The notes beneath the pieces are model-generated. The model had not been told where the DNA came from. It saw nothing but the letters and a program-made list of their open reading frames with translations, and searched no databases. A program made the translations under genes and the position numbers. From Octopus sinensis (Eukaryota), in contig NC_043006.1 of NCBI RefSeq assembly GCF_006345805.1, positions 15,872,001-15,936,000 on the forward strand: DNA of 64,000 bases. Direction: 5' to 3'. Within the stretch, counting starts at the first letter, position 1; each line of letters starts with the position of its first letter. This document shows, one piece after another, positions 25,530 to 39,356 of the stretch.

Positions 25530-27408
25530 TATGCAGACCAGTTTACTAAGCACAGTAACCAGGTGTCAATGGGGTCGAAACGAGTAATTCTACGTGGTGC
25601 GTCACCGAGCAAAAAATAGCAAATATTCTCAAATCACGCCATTTGGCCTTTGAAACTAAAAGACGCAATGTGGTCTTCTGTATAGTGCCAGCGAAAAAGA
25701 TAGGGTGATCATGAATAAAATGCTAACCATTTTGCTAACTTTCAAAACCATTTTGCTGCGATTTGCCTGTTTAGAACCACGGCACAACTATATTGCTATA
25801 AAAGGTGAAAGCCAGCTATTAACTGTGTCACCATGAAAGGCATTAACGCCTACGTGAAGATGGATTAAAAAAATCTGATTAGCTGATGTTTAATCAAATA
25901 GTGATAGACTTAAAAGTAAGGGATGTAAATTTTCCCGCCAAGTAATTCTGCCGAAGGTTCTGGCAGTTTTTACTGAATGGGATATTGACCTCCCCGAACA
26001 AACTCAGGTTCTGCACAGAACTCTGTCGGTCATTTATCCAATGAAGTTTATTATCCTATTCACTATCTTTTGTATGCTGTTTTATTCAAATAATGTTGTA
26101 CATATGTAAAAGAAAATGCTCTGAGTAATAAAATATATTCTTTCTTAAGCCCTCCACTCCCTATGGAGTCTGGGTCATCAACGGCTTTTCTTCACTGTTC
26201 TCAACTATGGACTGTTTTTTCTGATTCTCTTCATTTAAATATTTGTCTTTCCAGTTCTCCGTTAAAATCCCACCGCCAGCTATTTTAGAGCATCCTCTTT
26301 TTCTCCTCCCTGGCGAGATGTTTACATGACGGGGGCCTTTTTCTCCAAGGTCTTGCTGATTTTGAATTTTCATCGATGCTTCTGTAACTTTTCGTTTTTA
26401 TTAGATAGGCGTTGTTTGACCTTGGCAAAATTATTTTTACTTCTAGATGGTCCGTATTTGTCTGTCTTTTATCGTTTGACATGTACAGTATGGGAGACCT
26501 TACCAGGAAATTGCGCTCCTCTGGCATAGCTCTCAGAATCATTGAAACACGAAAGTCACTACACTACAACAAGAACCCGACGTTGTAGTGGAATAAAAAT
26601 AGAGAAACTCATAAAAATATTAGCTGATCATCCTCACCTTCATATGAATCCTACTTAATATTGCATACTACCAACATATAATTAATGACTAAGACCCTCT
26701 AGAATGACAGCCCACTAAAATAGATTTACGCGAACAAGTGTGAAGAAATAGTAGCAGCTAGATCCCAGCTTAATATATATAATATTGATGGGAAAGCTAT
26801 AAAGAAAAACCAGAAAGGAAATGCCACGATATATTCGCGACTAGTTTAATCCTATACTATTTTAGCCGATTGAATTCCTTATTTCAAAATGTCATGGCGG
26901 TTTAGAAGCCAATACATAAATATTTGAAAACAATTAATTCACACAGTACTTGGTCAGATTACACGTGCGGTTAGATTACACAAAATAGTCATATCTCGGA
27001 ACTTTTAAATATAACCGGAATAGACATATGACTGGCATCTGTCATTGATATATAATTACCTGACCCTAGGGAATTAGATAAGTTACTACTTTTAACAATG
27101 ATCGTAGATTAACTAGAGCAACCTTTAAACTACGTGGATACATACATATACACAGACACTTTTTTATGTAGGTTTATGGAGGCATACTACATTTTCAGAT
27201 GATATACACAAGCATACGCGTATACGCATGCACATTTATGCGTTGTATGTGTGAGCGTGTATACAATATATGTTTATATGCAGACATACAATATGGAATA
27301 TTAAACATAATAACCAGTTGATCAAGCAAACGGGGCCTCATTTCAGTAAGGTGGGAGTGAGGGGAGGGTAATGCACAATGATTCTGTCATTGTATACACA
27401 CACACACA

Positions 27409-27508
<100 letters not shown>

Positions 27509-28349
27509 CATATGAATAGGGTAAATGTTTTTTTAATTTTCCTTAAATTTCGGAATTACTACTATTTGCGGTTGGAGTCCTGGCTGCTCTTTCTAGTAGG
27601 TCGAACGGCCTATTGAGGCCGTTCCTCAATTGTTGTTGTATACATATGTATATGCATACATATATGGAGAGAGAGAACGATTCTCCGAATTTAAAAAGTT
27701 TTGAACTAATACATTAATGCATGCTCTTGTAGATCTATGAGATTTGATTTTCCCCAAAAAAATATAATATGGCAGCCATTGTTAGAATGAATGGGTGTAG
27801 AGTATAAACAAGGGCCATGTTATCTTTACATAATGTGAGTAACGCGAAGAGAAGGGGTGACTGAGTGGGAAATACGACACATGGCCAACCAAGTTGGAGG
27901 AAAAGAGTTTGCAACGTACGGTAGGAAAAGCAGAGATGAGAGATCTGTTGGTTAGAGGTTGATATATGCTGATGACGGTTTTCAATATGATTTGTTGGGT
28001 GGAGTATAATGTACCAAACTGTACACAGTTCTGATTTGAAACGTTAGATACAGACTTCCATTCGCCTTTATTCAGAGTTTTGTACGGAAATGGTTGTAAG
28101 AGATCAAATGGTTGTACTTTTGTTTTTATTCAGAGTTATGTACGGAAACCGTTGTTAACAATTTTGACAGAGTAAAATAAATAAATTTCTACGCTGCAAA
28201 ACAAATATGTTTTAAAATCTGAATTGCTTATATCGTTGCTGTTGTTCTTGCGATCGTTTAGGCTGAAATAATTTCCGGTTGATCAGTAATCAGAATCCCT
28301 CTGTGAGCCTTCTTTCGTTTCAGAAATAGTTTATCGCTGACTATATTAT

Positions 28350-28742
28350 ATTCTCTTTTACTCTCTTTTACCTGTTTCAGTCATTTGACTGCGGCAATGC
28401 TGGAGCACCCCTTTAGTATTTATTCTTTGTCAGCCTAGTACTTATTCTATCGGTCTCTTTTGCCGAACCACTATGTTACGGGGACGTAAACACACCAGCA
28501 TCGGTTGTCAAGCGATGCTGGGGGAGAAACACAGACACACAAACACATACACACACACACACACATATATACATATATACGACAGGCTTCTTTCAGTTTC
28601 TGTCTACCGAATCCACTCACAAGGCTTTGGTTGGCCCGAGGCTATAGTAGAAGACACGTGCCCAAGGTTCCACGCAGTGGGAATGAACCCGGAACCATGT
28701 GGTTGGTAAGCAAGCTACTTATCACACAACCACTCCTACGCT
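28350..28742 (-). mobile_element. SINE family A
   Basis: Reverse complement of 6444-6862. Confidence 0.85.
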
Positions 28743-30855
28743 TAGAATGTAATAAGGACTTACTTATTTGTAAAGGCAGTTGTTTGCAGATTGAGGCAGA
28801 TGGGGGCTATTATTTCTACCAGTTTGATCGATTATGTACACTCTTTCTTATATCAGCAGTTTTAGTGTAAATAAATTAGATAATATCACATTTCTTTGCA
28901 TCTCGAATGTATAACAAAAAGATGAATCTTTTTTTAGTTTAGAAGCAAAAATCTTATGAATATTTATTTCTTACAAAGCTTCAGTTTTAATGGGGTGAAT
29001 ATAATCAATTAACTTGTCTCTATCTCCAGTACTTCCTTTGTTCATATTTTATCAATCCTGGAAGATAAAATGGTAGATTCTGGCCAGATGACTTAAAACC
29101 AGAGCGTAAATCGTTGTAACTAAAATTCACAAAACATTTCTCCGACACGACATTGCTTTTGCCAATTTACCGTGATTATATTAATTAATATGAAATTCAA
29201 ACATTGACAAATTATTTCACATTTTGTAGATGTAATGTCAGTTTCATCGTGTTTGAAGATCACGAGAAAGAGCGGTGTACCCTCGAATGGCTGTGTAAAA
29301 CGATCCTTGACGCTACAGGGCTTTTCTCTCTGCTTGTGGTTCGTAGTTTTGAAGTGAGATTCAGTCCGTGCAATCTGTTCCCACCCTTTAGACTTGGAGA
29401 TCTAATCCCACTGGCTCAGTGATGTAAGACGACTGCGGTGGCTAGCAAACTATAGGTTTTACATTAGAGGACCTTCTCCGAGATGAAATTTCTTTCAGGT
29501 CGAGAGAGATTCACTTAACCTGGAGTTGCTGAGTGTCAAAGAGGCAACCAAATCACATGTGGGACTCTACCCATTGATTTGCTGCAATGTTTGGCTCACC
29601 TAGCCTTTTCCTTCCCCAAGGCTCTCAAAAAGCAGCAAAAGGTTTGTACTTGGATTTTCTTCCATAGTATGCTAACTAACCCGTTGCTGGGACTCTGACA
29701 CGCGCTACTGCTCCAGATCAGAGAAGACATAAAAATAATACATTCTAAGCGGTGGTTCCACACTACTCAAAACCTTGGTACTTTTGAACCAGGGCTCCAC
29801 AATTGGATGCAGTTTAAAGCCATACCCAGGAATGTATGAGATAACAGTTTATTAAACGGACAGAAATTCTTGAGAGGTTCTTATCTTATCTAAAAGACAG
29901 AATGAAAGGAATTAGGGTCTACAATGAGACAAACTCAGAACAAAGTGATGAAACTAAATACTGCAATACATTCGGGATGTGATGCAGTACTTGACAATCC
30001 TTGTATCATTTAATATGGAAAATAAAAATCGTATTTAACACAAGCATAGAAACACGTGCTCACTACACAGAACTTAATTTATTTGTAACTTACGGGTTCT
30101 TTGAGTAATGCATTCTTAATTCAATAATATAATTCCGTTCCTGTTAGAGGGTTGCATTTATTCATTTATTTATTTTCTTTTTATATGAAACCGACAAGCA
30201 GGCGTAGGCTCATACAAATTCTATCTACAAAATGGCTCCATTTTGAAATCTTAGCAACATTAAATCATATAGAGTGTAAGCATTCACAGGGAAAGATGCC
30301 TTACATACACTCAAGAAACTTTCCTTGTGTAAAAGAAAAATCATTAGAAGATTTTGAAAGTACACTACAATTGTTCTCCTAAGGTGCACATTGGATCGGG
30401 ATTCAAATTAGGAATTTCGTATAGTCTCCATGATTCTTCTGCAGCATCTCTATTACCAATTACTAATTCCCCACTTAAATATATTAAGCATCTAAATAAG
30501 TGCTTACTCAATAATTTTCAGTCGTCGTATAGGATGTTAAGGCATTAGGGAGAATAACATGAATAGATTCAAGAGATATCACTGCACAGGATTGGTAAAA
30601 TGTATTTCAGATGTAAATTATAAATGATGAATTTATGAAGAGTATGTTTATCTCAGGAAGCTGGCGCCAAACTTCCGCGCGCACCCACAAACACACACAC
30701 ACGTATATATGCATATCATATTTATTTCATATTATATTACGTCATATATTATATTTAGCCGAACCAGTCTCTCGCTATTCTGAAGTTTCTCCTGTGTTCA
30801 CAATAGTGTTAGGCCTGATCCAGGATAACAAGAGTGACTTTGCCAGGCTTTGATA

Positions 30856-31017
30856 GAGGTGCGGCTGTGTGGTAAGAAGTTTGCTTACCAACCATATGGC
30901 TCCGAATTCAGTACCACTGCGTGGCCCTTTCACTTTCGGCGAATGTCTTTTATCATAGCCTCGAGCCACCCAGAGTCTTGTGAATGGATTTGTTAGACGG
31001 AGAATGAAAGCTCGTCC

Positions 31018-31022
<5 letters not shown>
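30856..31022 (+). mobile_element. SINE family A, diverged 5' half
   Basis: Head similarity, then runs into a compound microsatellite. Confidence 0.7.
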
Positions 31023-31108
<86 letters not shown>

Positions 31109-31144
31109 ATGTATGTATGTATGTATATATAGAGAGAGAGAAAG

Positions 31145-31181
<37 letters not shown>

Positions 31182-31242
31182 CATACATACATACATACAT
31201 ACATACATACATACATACATACATACATACATACGTACATAC

Positions 31243-31332
<90 letters not shown>

Positions 31333-31552
31333 CTGTGTATGTGCGCCAATGTGTGCGTGTGTCCCTCACTACTGCTTGACTTATATATATACACCCAAAA
31401 AGTTTGTGTGTAGGACCTAAAGTGGCTGGTTGGTAGAGTCATGAGGACCTCAGTTAGATTACAGTAATCATTCTGTTAGCCTTCGTTCTGTGTTCAGATC
31501 TTGCTCAGGTCAGCTTTGCTGTCAATCTTTCCGTTGTCGATAAATAAAATAC

Positions 31553-31783
31553 CTATTTCTTTACTACCCACAAGGGGCTAAACACAGAGGGAGCAAACAA
31601 GGACAGACAAACGGATTAAGTCGATTATACCGACCCCAGCGCGTAACTGGTTCTTAATTTATCGACCCCGAAAGGATGAAAGGCAAAGTCGACCTCGGCG
31701 GAATTTGAACTCAGAACGTAACGGCAGACGAAATACGGCTACGCATTTCGCCCGGCGTGCTAACGTTTCTGCCAGCTCGCCGA
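31553..31783 (-). mobile_element. SINE family B, full length
   Basis: Reverse complement of 57811-58040. Confidence 0.9.
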
Positions 31784-32393
31784 TAAATAAAATACCATTC
31801 CTGTGCTGGTGTCGAGTCTTCTCTGTCTTCCTCTCATTTCCTGACTTTCTTCAAAAAGAAATCGACTTTGGTCAGATCTGAAAAGAGATGGGCTTGAGCA
31901 GGTCTAAAATATACGCAAAACATACCGAACATCGCTATGACACTCAGCAATAAAATTCCATTCCTGTTATAGGGTTGGTTTTATATATTTAACTACTTGA
32001 TTTCCTTTTTTCTTTTTGTATGAAACCGACAAAGACTCAATCAATGAGTGGAGGAACCCAAACAAAGACATTGTGCGTGTGAGTGTATGTGTGTGTACAT
32101 GTGTGTGTGTGTGTGTGTGTGTGTCTTTGAGTGTGTGTAGGCGTATATAAGAACGGGTGAATTTGTCTGTGTGCTAGTGCGCATGCCTACGTAGGCGTTT
32201 AGATTTGTTCAGCGAGACGATTTTCTCTGAACGATGAAGACGAACGAGGTGTTTTAATGGAATTTATTATATACACATACACACACATCTTTATGTATAT
32301 ATATAATATATATATATATATATATGCGTGTGCGTTGTCTACATATACATAGCTATGTAGGTAGACTAATTACTTCAACAACATATGCTTATG

Positions 32394-32445
<52 letters not shown>

Positions 32446-32466
32446 TATACATATATATATATATAT

Positions 32467-32514
<48 letters not shown>

Positions 32515-32515
32515 A

Positions 32516-32547
<32 letters not shown>

Positions 32548-32618
32548 CATATATACATATATACACATATATACATATACATATATACATATATATATAT
32601 ATACATATATATATATTA

Positions 32619-32697
32619 ATAGCACCAGGTGGTGCTATTAAGTTAGACATGGCCTGGGCTAATAATGGCCGAAACCTATCAAAGTATCAAAGTATAT
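32619..32697 (+). mobile_element. Short 5'-truncated copy of the same LINE 3' UTR
   Basis: CCAGGTGGTGCTATTAAGTTAGACATGGCCTGGG matches 9613-9650 and ends in a TCAAAGTA repeat. Confidence 0.6.
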
Positions 32698-32711
32698 ATA
32701 CACACACAGAC

Positions 32712-32766
<55 letters not shown>

Positions 32767-33230
32767 ATATATACATATACAGTATATGTTATTCGAGTAA
32801 TTAGCGTGTATGCAGATGGTTTACATAGCACAGCAAAATAACTGATGAATATAGAATTAGTTTATTGTCATTTAGAAGATATTACTCACTCTCCACATGC
32901 GCATTGATCTCACCCGTTGTCAGGTCAGTAACTAAGGGAAGCGACGAATTGGAGAACAAGCACACAACTAGAGTTGTTACGGGAAATATAAACCGGTAGA
33001 AATTTAAAGAAAAATGTAGACATGCGTGTATACATACACCGAAATGCACACACATATACACATGTTTGTAACACGAAAAGCGAAAAGTGAGAAGTGAGGG
33101 ATAGCTAGAGAGAAAGACAGATAGCTAACTACCTACATAGATCTCTGTCTCTCTCTGTCATTCTTTCTTTCTTTCTCTTTCAGTTTCTCTATCTTTCTCT
33201 CTTATTTTCTCTCTCTCCGGTCATTCATAC

Positions 33231-33643
33231 TTTACTCTTTTACTCTTTTACTTGTTTCAGTCATTCGACTGCGGCCATGCTGGAGCACCGCCTTTTAATC
33301 GAGCAGCTCGACCCCGAGACTTATTCTTTTTATAAGCCCAGTACTTATTCTATCGGTCTCTTTTTGCCGAACCGCTAAGTAACGGGGACATAAACACACC
33401 AGCATCGGTTGTCAAGCAATGCTAGGGGGACAAACACAGACGCATAAACACACACACGCGTATATATATATACATATATACGACGGGCTTCTTTCAGTTT
33501 CCGTCTACCAAATCCACTCACAAGGCTTTGGTCGGCCCGAGACTATAGCAGAAGACACTTGCCCAAGGTGCCACGCAGTGGGACTGAACCCGGAACCATG
33601 TGGTTGGTTAGCAAGCTACTTACCACACAGCCACTCCTTCGCC
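33231..33643 (-). mobile_element. SINE family A
   Basis: Reverse complement of 6444-6862. Confidence 0.88.
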
Positions 33644-34185
33644 ATACAAAATCTACGAAAAGCATTTTCAAACAAGAAGATTCAATGAACAAGTTTTATT
33701 ACAAATTACTACAACTGTTTCAACTGGTAATGGCTGTGAGTTACATAAATTACACACATTACTGCATTATCATGATACAATAAGAGCTGCACGTCGTCAG
33801 GTCAAAGTACTGTTAGATCATCCTTAGTTACTCTTCGTTTTATACCTTCAAAGAGAAACTAATAATAGTCTAGCAGTGATTTAGACTCTACTCACCTGAC
33901 GACATGCATGAATAGAGCTATTTTTGCATCACGTTAATGCCATAATGTGTGTTACATTGCAGTGATTTGTAAGAAAGCCTGTTTATTTTCTGTTCTGGAA
34001 TTCAAGGTGTTTCGTTTTTAATCGACAAATGTTTGCGGATTTTCACATGTATATTCAGTAAAAGGAGATGTCGTAATATATAATAGCATCTGGTAGCCGT
34101 TACCGATATTTATATATATAAAATTCATATATTTATATATATAGACATATACAATATATACATACACACATATATTATATATATA

Positions 34186-34295
<110 letters not shown>

Positions 34296-34344
34296 TTATT
34301 ATATATATTATATATATACGTATATGTATATATATATGTATATA

Positions 34345-34452
34345 TAGGGAAAGTTTACGAAAAAAAAAAGACGAAGACAGGTGGTGTACAAGAGAAACAG
34401 ATGTATTAGTATAACGCTCAGGAATAGAAAATGTCTTTTACATTTCGAACCT
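34345..34452 (-). mobile_element. Penelope-like terminal-repeat fragment, copy 3 (truncated)
   Basis: Same family as 10568-10770, cut within the hammerhead-like motif by (TA)n. Confidence 0.55.
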
Positions 34453-34473
34453 AATATATATATATATATATAT

Positions 34474-34897
34474 ATAAGTTTATGATGATATATTGAATTA
34501 GCGAAACCAGTGCTTTTTTTATTAAAAAAGTAAATCTCTATGACACACCCATTCACATGTAGGCAGGCAAGACAATGTGTGTGAATATGTGTAGCAAGTG
34601 TGCACACTGCTTTGTATGTCGTATGTCATCTTAGTGAAATATTTTAAACGAAATTGGGTAACACGCTTTCACCTATATTATGAATTAAATTGACTACGAC
34701 ATATCTAAATTGGAAATACTAAACCAAAGTCAACTTCTGAAGCGATGTAGAAAAGAAATATTTATGGCGGTAGCAAATCCTACGTTACAACATGTTCAGT
34801 TCCGAGAACTGCAACTCTCAGGCGGTGCAACAAAAAGGATATTACCCTCCGTGAGCAGTATAAGGCTGTCTTGGATCTGGAGTTAAATACGAAGTGT
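34474..34897 (+). repeat. ~420-bp direct repeat, copy 1
   Basis: Colinear with 38935-39356, with scattered substitutions. Confidence 0.9.
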
Positions 34898-34899
34898 GT

Positions 34900-35097
34900 A
34901 TCGTTGGCGATCTTTTTTCCTCCGTCTTCCCTTCCTTGGATCTTTCCTTTTTCTATGTTTCTGACGAAGAGCTCCGCTCGAAACGTTAAATCCTCCTTCT
35001 TTCTTTTCTTTCCTGAGCGTCTAATAACACTATACTTGTTCCACGTCCTCCCGTTGTTGTGTTTTCTCTTTATGTTTTCATGTTTGGATTAACTTTA
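34900..35097 (+). mobile_element. Penelope-like terminal-repeat fragment, related family
   Basis: CTGACGAAGAGCTCCGCTCGAAACGTT...CCTGAGCGT layout parallels the 10568 family; ends in (TA)n. Confidence 0.55.
34957..34991 (+). ncRNA. Minimal Penelope-type hammerhead motif
   Basis: GTTT / CTGACGA-A / GAGC-TCC-GCTC / GAAA / CG-TT / AAAT. Stem I is weak and there is an extra A before stem II. Confidence 0.5.
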
Positions 35098-35107
35098 TAT
35101 ATATATG

Positions 35108-35142
<35 letters not shown>

Positions 35143-36650
35143 CGGGGGGGGAGAGATAGAGAGAGGGTGTGTGTGAAGGAGACAGACAAACAGGGCGACT
35201 GATAGATAGAGAGATAGACAGACTTGAAATATATTCAATACTCTCATGCTAATTTTGATACTCCTGCTTATGAAGTATTTCATTAGCGTAAATACCACCA
35301 TTTACGCCATTGTGTTCATTAACGTAACTTTTGAAAAAAAACTAAAAGGCTATATTTTGGAGTAGATATTTTATCAAAGACCTGCAAATATAGAAACATA
35401 ACCATTTGCGCTTGATATGCAAACTTGGCAGAAAGGAATTAAAAGGGTTTAGCCAATATCTGAAGCGAACAAAATACGTTTTCATCTTCTAAAAATCGGA
35501 GTCCGTTAGCTTGAAATCCTATAAACAGAACGATTTTTTATGTAAATATTCGCTGGTGCTATAGCGATCTTTCTCATACTCCTTCTTGATCTACTTCTAT
35601 GCAACCCATGCGATATTTCTACCATGTGACATAATATATCCTTTCTGTCCAATATGATTCTTGATTTTGTTTCAGTTCAGATGTGATGTAACTTGCACGG
35701 TAACCTTACGCGACTATTATGTGTAAGCACTTGAAATGCGTTCAAGCGCCTCTTCACTTCGAAGTACTACTTGATGATGGCCAGTTATAATCATAATGTA
35801 CTGTTGTTTTCTGAAAAGTACACTATTACCTCTACATAATAATAGCCGGTTCGTTGATCGTTGGTTCGTTCATTGGTTGCCAGATTGATTTCTCCATAGT
35901 GTATAGAGACACAGGGAAGAGAGAGAGAGATATTGAGAGAGAGAGAGAGAGAGAGTAACTGAGATACAAATAGTTAACATGAGAGGTGCTGTATGAATGC
36001 TTATACTTGGCTTAGTAGCAAGCAATGAAGAATGCTACTCACAATGAAGAAAACTAAAGAAAACTATAGAGGAGGAGGAGGAAACGACAGAGTGACAATA
36101 TGAGAAGTTATTCAAACGAGAAATTAGTTTTATTTAATTTTATTTTAATACAACAAATATTTCTTTTGTAAATTTGTATTCATTTCATCATTTTCGATAA
36201 ACACCAATACATTAGATAAAAGTTAAATTATAATTATCTTATGTACACCATATCTCTTGATATTACCCACAGTGACAAAAGTATACTTCCAAAGCTATGC
36301 ATTATATGGCAGGTTACACTATAGTACATTTTGATAAGTAGAGACGAATACAGCTGAGTAAACCATTTGTAATTTATTAGTCAAGCCAATGACTAAAACC
36401 TCCAATTTTGTCAATTCATGATTCTGATTTCTGATTTATCAATTCATTTCATCAATACAACCGCAGTCTATTCGACTGAGTTTTAAACAAGTCTATACCA
36501 GCTCCACCAAAGTTGATTAATATCTAGTACCTATTTCTCAACTATATTAAATATATGGATATCCTTAATGCGCTGTATTGAATTCGTTGATATAGCTCAA
36601 GGTTCGCTTGCTTCACTCGTTTTTTTTTCTCATTAACTATTAAAGACATA

Positions 36651-37245
36651 AGGCGGCGAGCTGGCAGAAACGTTAGCACGCCGGGCGAAATGTGTAGCCG
36701 TATTTCGCCTGCCGTTACGTTCTGAGTTCAAATTCCGCCGAGGTCGACATTGCCTTTCATCCCTTCGGGTTCGATAAATTAAGTACCAGTTACGCACTGG
36801 TGTCGATGTAATCCACTTAATCCGTTTGTCTGTCCTTGTTTGTCCCTTCTGTGTTTAGCCCCTTGTGGGTAGTAAAGAAATAGAAATAGGTATTTCGTCT
36901 GCCGTTACATTCTGAGTTCAAATTCCGCCGAGGTTGACTTTGCCTTTCATCCTTTCGGGGTCGATAAATTAAGTACCAGTTACGCACTGGGGTCGATGTA
37001 ATCGACTTAATCCGTTTGTCTGTCCTTGTTTGTCCCTTCTGTGTTTAGCCCCTTGTGGGTAGTAAAGAAATAGAAATAGGTATTTCTCTGCCGTTACATT
37101 CTGAGTTCAAATTCCGCCGAGGTTGACTTTGCCTTTCATCCTTTCGTGATCGATAAATTAAGTACCAGCTGCGTACTGAGGTCGATCTAATGGACTGCCC
37201 CCCCCCTCCCCAAACATTTTGTGTCTTTTGCCTAGAGTAGAAATG
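36651..37245 (+). mobile_element. Three head-to-tail SINE family B copies
   Basis: One full copy followed by two 5'-truncated copies starting at GTATTTC; the last has the alternative tail. Confidence 0.88.
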
Positions 37246-37669
37246 ATTAACTATTAAAGACATGTTTTAATTCGCAATAAACGTTCATCATGCCATTAGA
37301 CATTCTGCTACAGTAAAACAAATACAAGATAATCGCAACTGAACCAGTCTCATCTATCGAATGAATTAAACAAGATTTGTATCCAGACCTCTTGCAAACG
37401 CAATAATTTCTCGATTCAGCTGCTCACTTTCGCTTGCATTTGACATGTTTTATTGCTGTTACATCGTGTTCATGAGCTAAGACTTTTATTTTTGTTAACG
37501 TCTTGTGCCTGACTCATAACATTCAATTTTAAAAGTCAAGTTTAATACATAGTCACCGCTCTCCATGGTTACGAGTGTCTTTTCATCTCTGCTTAACACA
37601 GCGCAAACTGGTGACGAATACTATCCCTACGAATCTCTGTAGCCAGGAAATATAGTAGCAGTTTTAGTA

Positions 37670-37673
37670 TCGC

Positions 37674-37712
<39 letters not shown>

Positions 37713-37723
37713 ACGTCGTCGTC

Positions 37724-37754
<31 letters not shown>

Positions 37755-37756
37755 AC

Positions 37757-37807
<51 letters not shown>

Positions 37808-38190
37808 TAGTAGTAGTAGTAGCTGATACAGAAGCGATAATAGATGTATTTTAGTAGTAGTAATTTTGCAAGAATGGTGGTGGTGGTGGTGGTTTTGGTG
37901 GTGCTGGTGGTGCTGGTGTTGGTGGTGGTGGTTTGGTGCTGGTGCTGGTGGCGATGGTAGTTGTGGTGTTGATAGTGGTGGTAGTAATTATGCTAGTGAT
38001 GGTACATGTTGTGGTAGTACTGGTGGTAGCTATGATGCTGGCCGTAGTAGGAGTAGCAGCAGTAGAAGTAGCGCTGCTGGTTGAGATTATGGTAGGTTTG
38101 ATTGTAGTAGTGCTAGTGATGGTGCTGGAAGTAACAGCAGCAGCAGCAGTAGTAGTAGTAGTTAGTAGTAGTAGTAGTAGTAGTTTCACT
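37670..38190. repeat. Compound trinucleotide microsatellite (TAG/TGG/CAG)
   Basis: Directly visible. Confidence 0.95.
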
Positions 38191-38257
38191 AGTAGCTATA
38201 ATTAGCTAAATATTTCGATATACAACACAAATGGCGAGAGTTCGACGTGTATACATT

Positions 38258-38307
<50 letters not shown>

Positions 38308-38339
38308 TTAAAATTTCTAAGTCTCTCTAAAGGATACTG

Positions 38340-38545
38340 GATATTAATAGTTATCGCCAAGCTACAATGGTAGTCCATAAATATAAGACTAAAGCTGTCG
38401 TTGATTAGCTCCAAGAGGCCATCGCCTCGAGCTAGCTATATGACACACGAACCTGTGTTCATTATAACCTTCGAACAGAGGAGGTCAGCCGCTTCCCCTT
38501 GCTGGTCAGACATCTGCAGACATGTTTCAGGGTATTTGCCCTTTA
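38340..38545 (-). mobile_element. Diverged, 5'-truncated copy of the 53962-54572 retrozyme-like family
   Basis: Minus strand reads AA-AGGG-CAAATA-CCCT-GAAA-CATG-TC-TGCAGATGTCTGAC...GCGGCTGACCTCC..TGTTCGAAGGTTATAA, colinear with 54008-54208. The 5' core is lost at a (TA)n tract. Confidence 0.8.
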
Positions 38546-38881
38546 TATATATATTTACACTCAGCTAAAACAGATACTTTTTCTTATACTGTTGCTAGTT
38601 AACACAAACCTTGAGTTGTGATGCACTGACTGACAACAATCAGGAGTTTCTAAACAGCTAGATCTCCATAACATATATTTATATATATATATAATATATA
38701 TATATATGTATGTATGTACGTATGTATGTATATGTATATATATATAAAAGAAGGTTGTAGCTCGCTTGAAGCATTGTAGTACAGATGTAGAAAAAGAAAA
38801 GGAAGATAAAGAACGCTGAGACAAAGCAGGAAGTCTTATACAGGCGCCAAGCCTATATACAGTTTGGATTAAGTATATATA

Positions 38882-38934
<53 letters not shown>

Positions 38935-38939
<5 letters not shown>

Positions 38940-39356
38940 TTTATGATGATATATTGAATTAGCGAAAGCAATGCTTTTTTATTAAAAAAGTAAATCTCTG
39001 TGACACATCCATTCACATGTAGCCAGGAGAGATATAATGTGTGAATATCTGTAGCAAGTGTGCACACTGCGTGGTATGTCACATGTCATCTTAGTGAGAT
39101 ATTTTTAATGAAATTGGGTAACACGCTTTCACCTATATTATGAATTAAATTGACTACGACATATCTAAATTGGAAATACTAAATCAAGGTCAACTTCTGA
39201 AGCGATATAGAAAAGAAATATTTATGGCGGTAGCAAATCCTACGTACAACATGTTCAGTTCCGAGAATTGCAACTCTCAGGCGGTGCAACAAAAAGAATA
39301 TAACCCTCTGTGAGCAGTATAAGGCTGTCTATGACCTGGAGTTAAATACGAAGTGT
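38935..39356 (+). repeat. ~420-bp direct repeat, copy 2
   Basis: Colinear with 34474-34897. Confidence 0.9.

Noticed and set aside
26161-26560. Possible decayed RTE-like coding fragment on the minus strand
   Set aside because: Only vague motif similarity across broken frames; cannot be supported without a homology search.
33419-33783. Recurrent ORFs such as MPKVPRSGTEPGTMWLVSKLLTTQPLL
   Set aside because: Antisense translation of the SINE A head; the recurrence reflects SINE copy number, not a gene family.
37851-38205. Thr/Pro-rich mucin-like and poly-Val ORFs
   Set aside because: Translations of a compound trinucleotide microsatellite, with no splice or start context.
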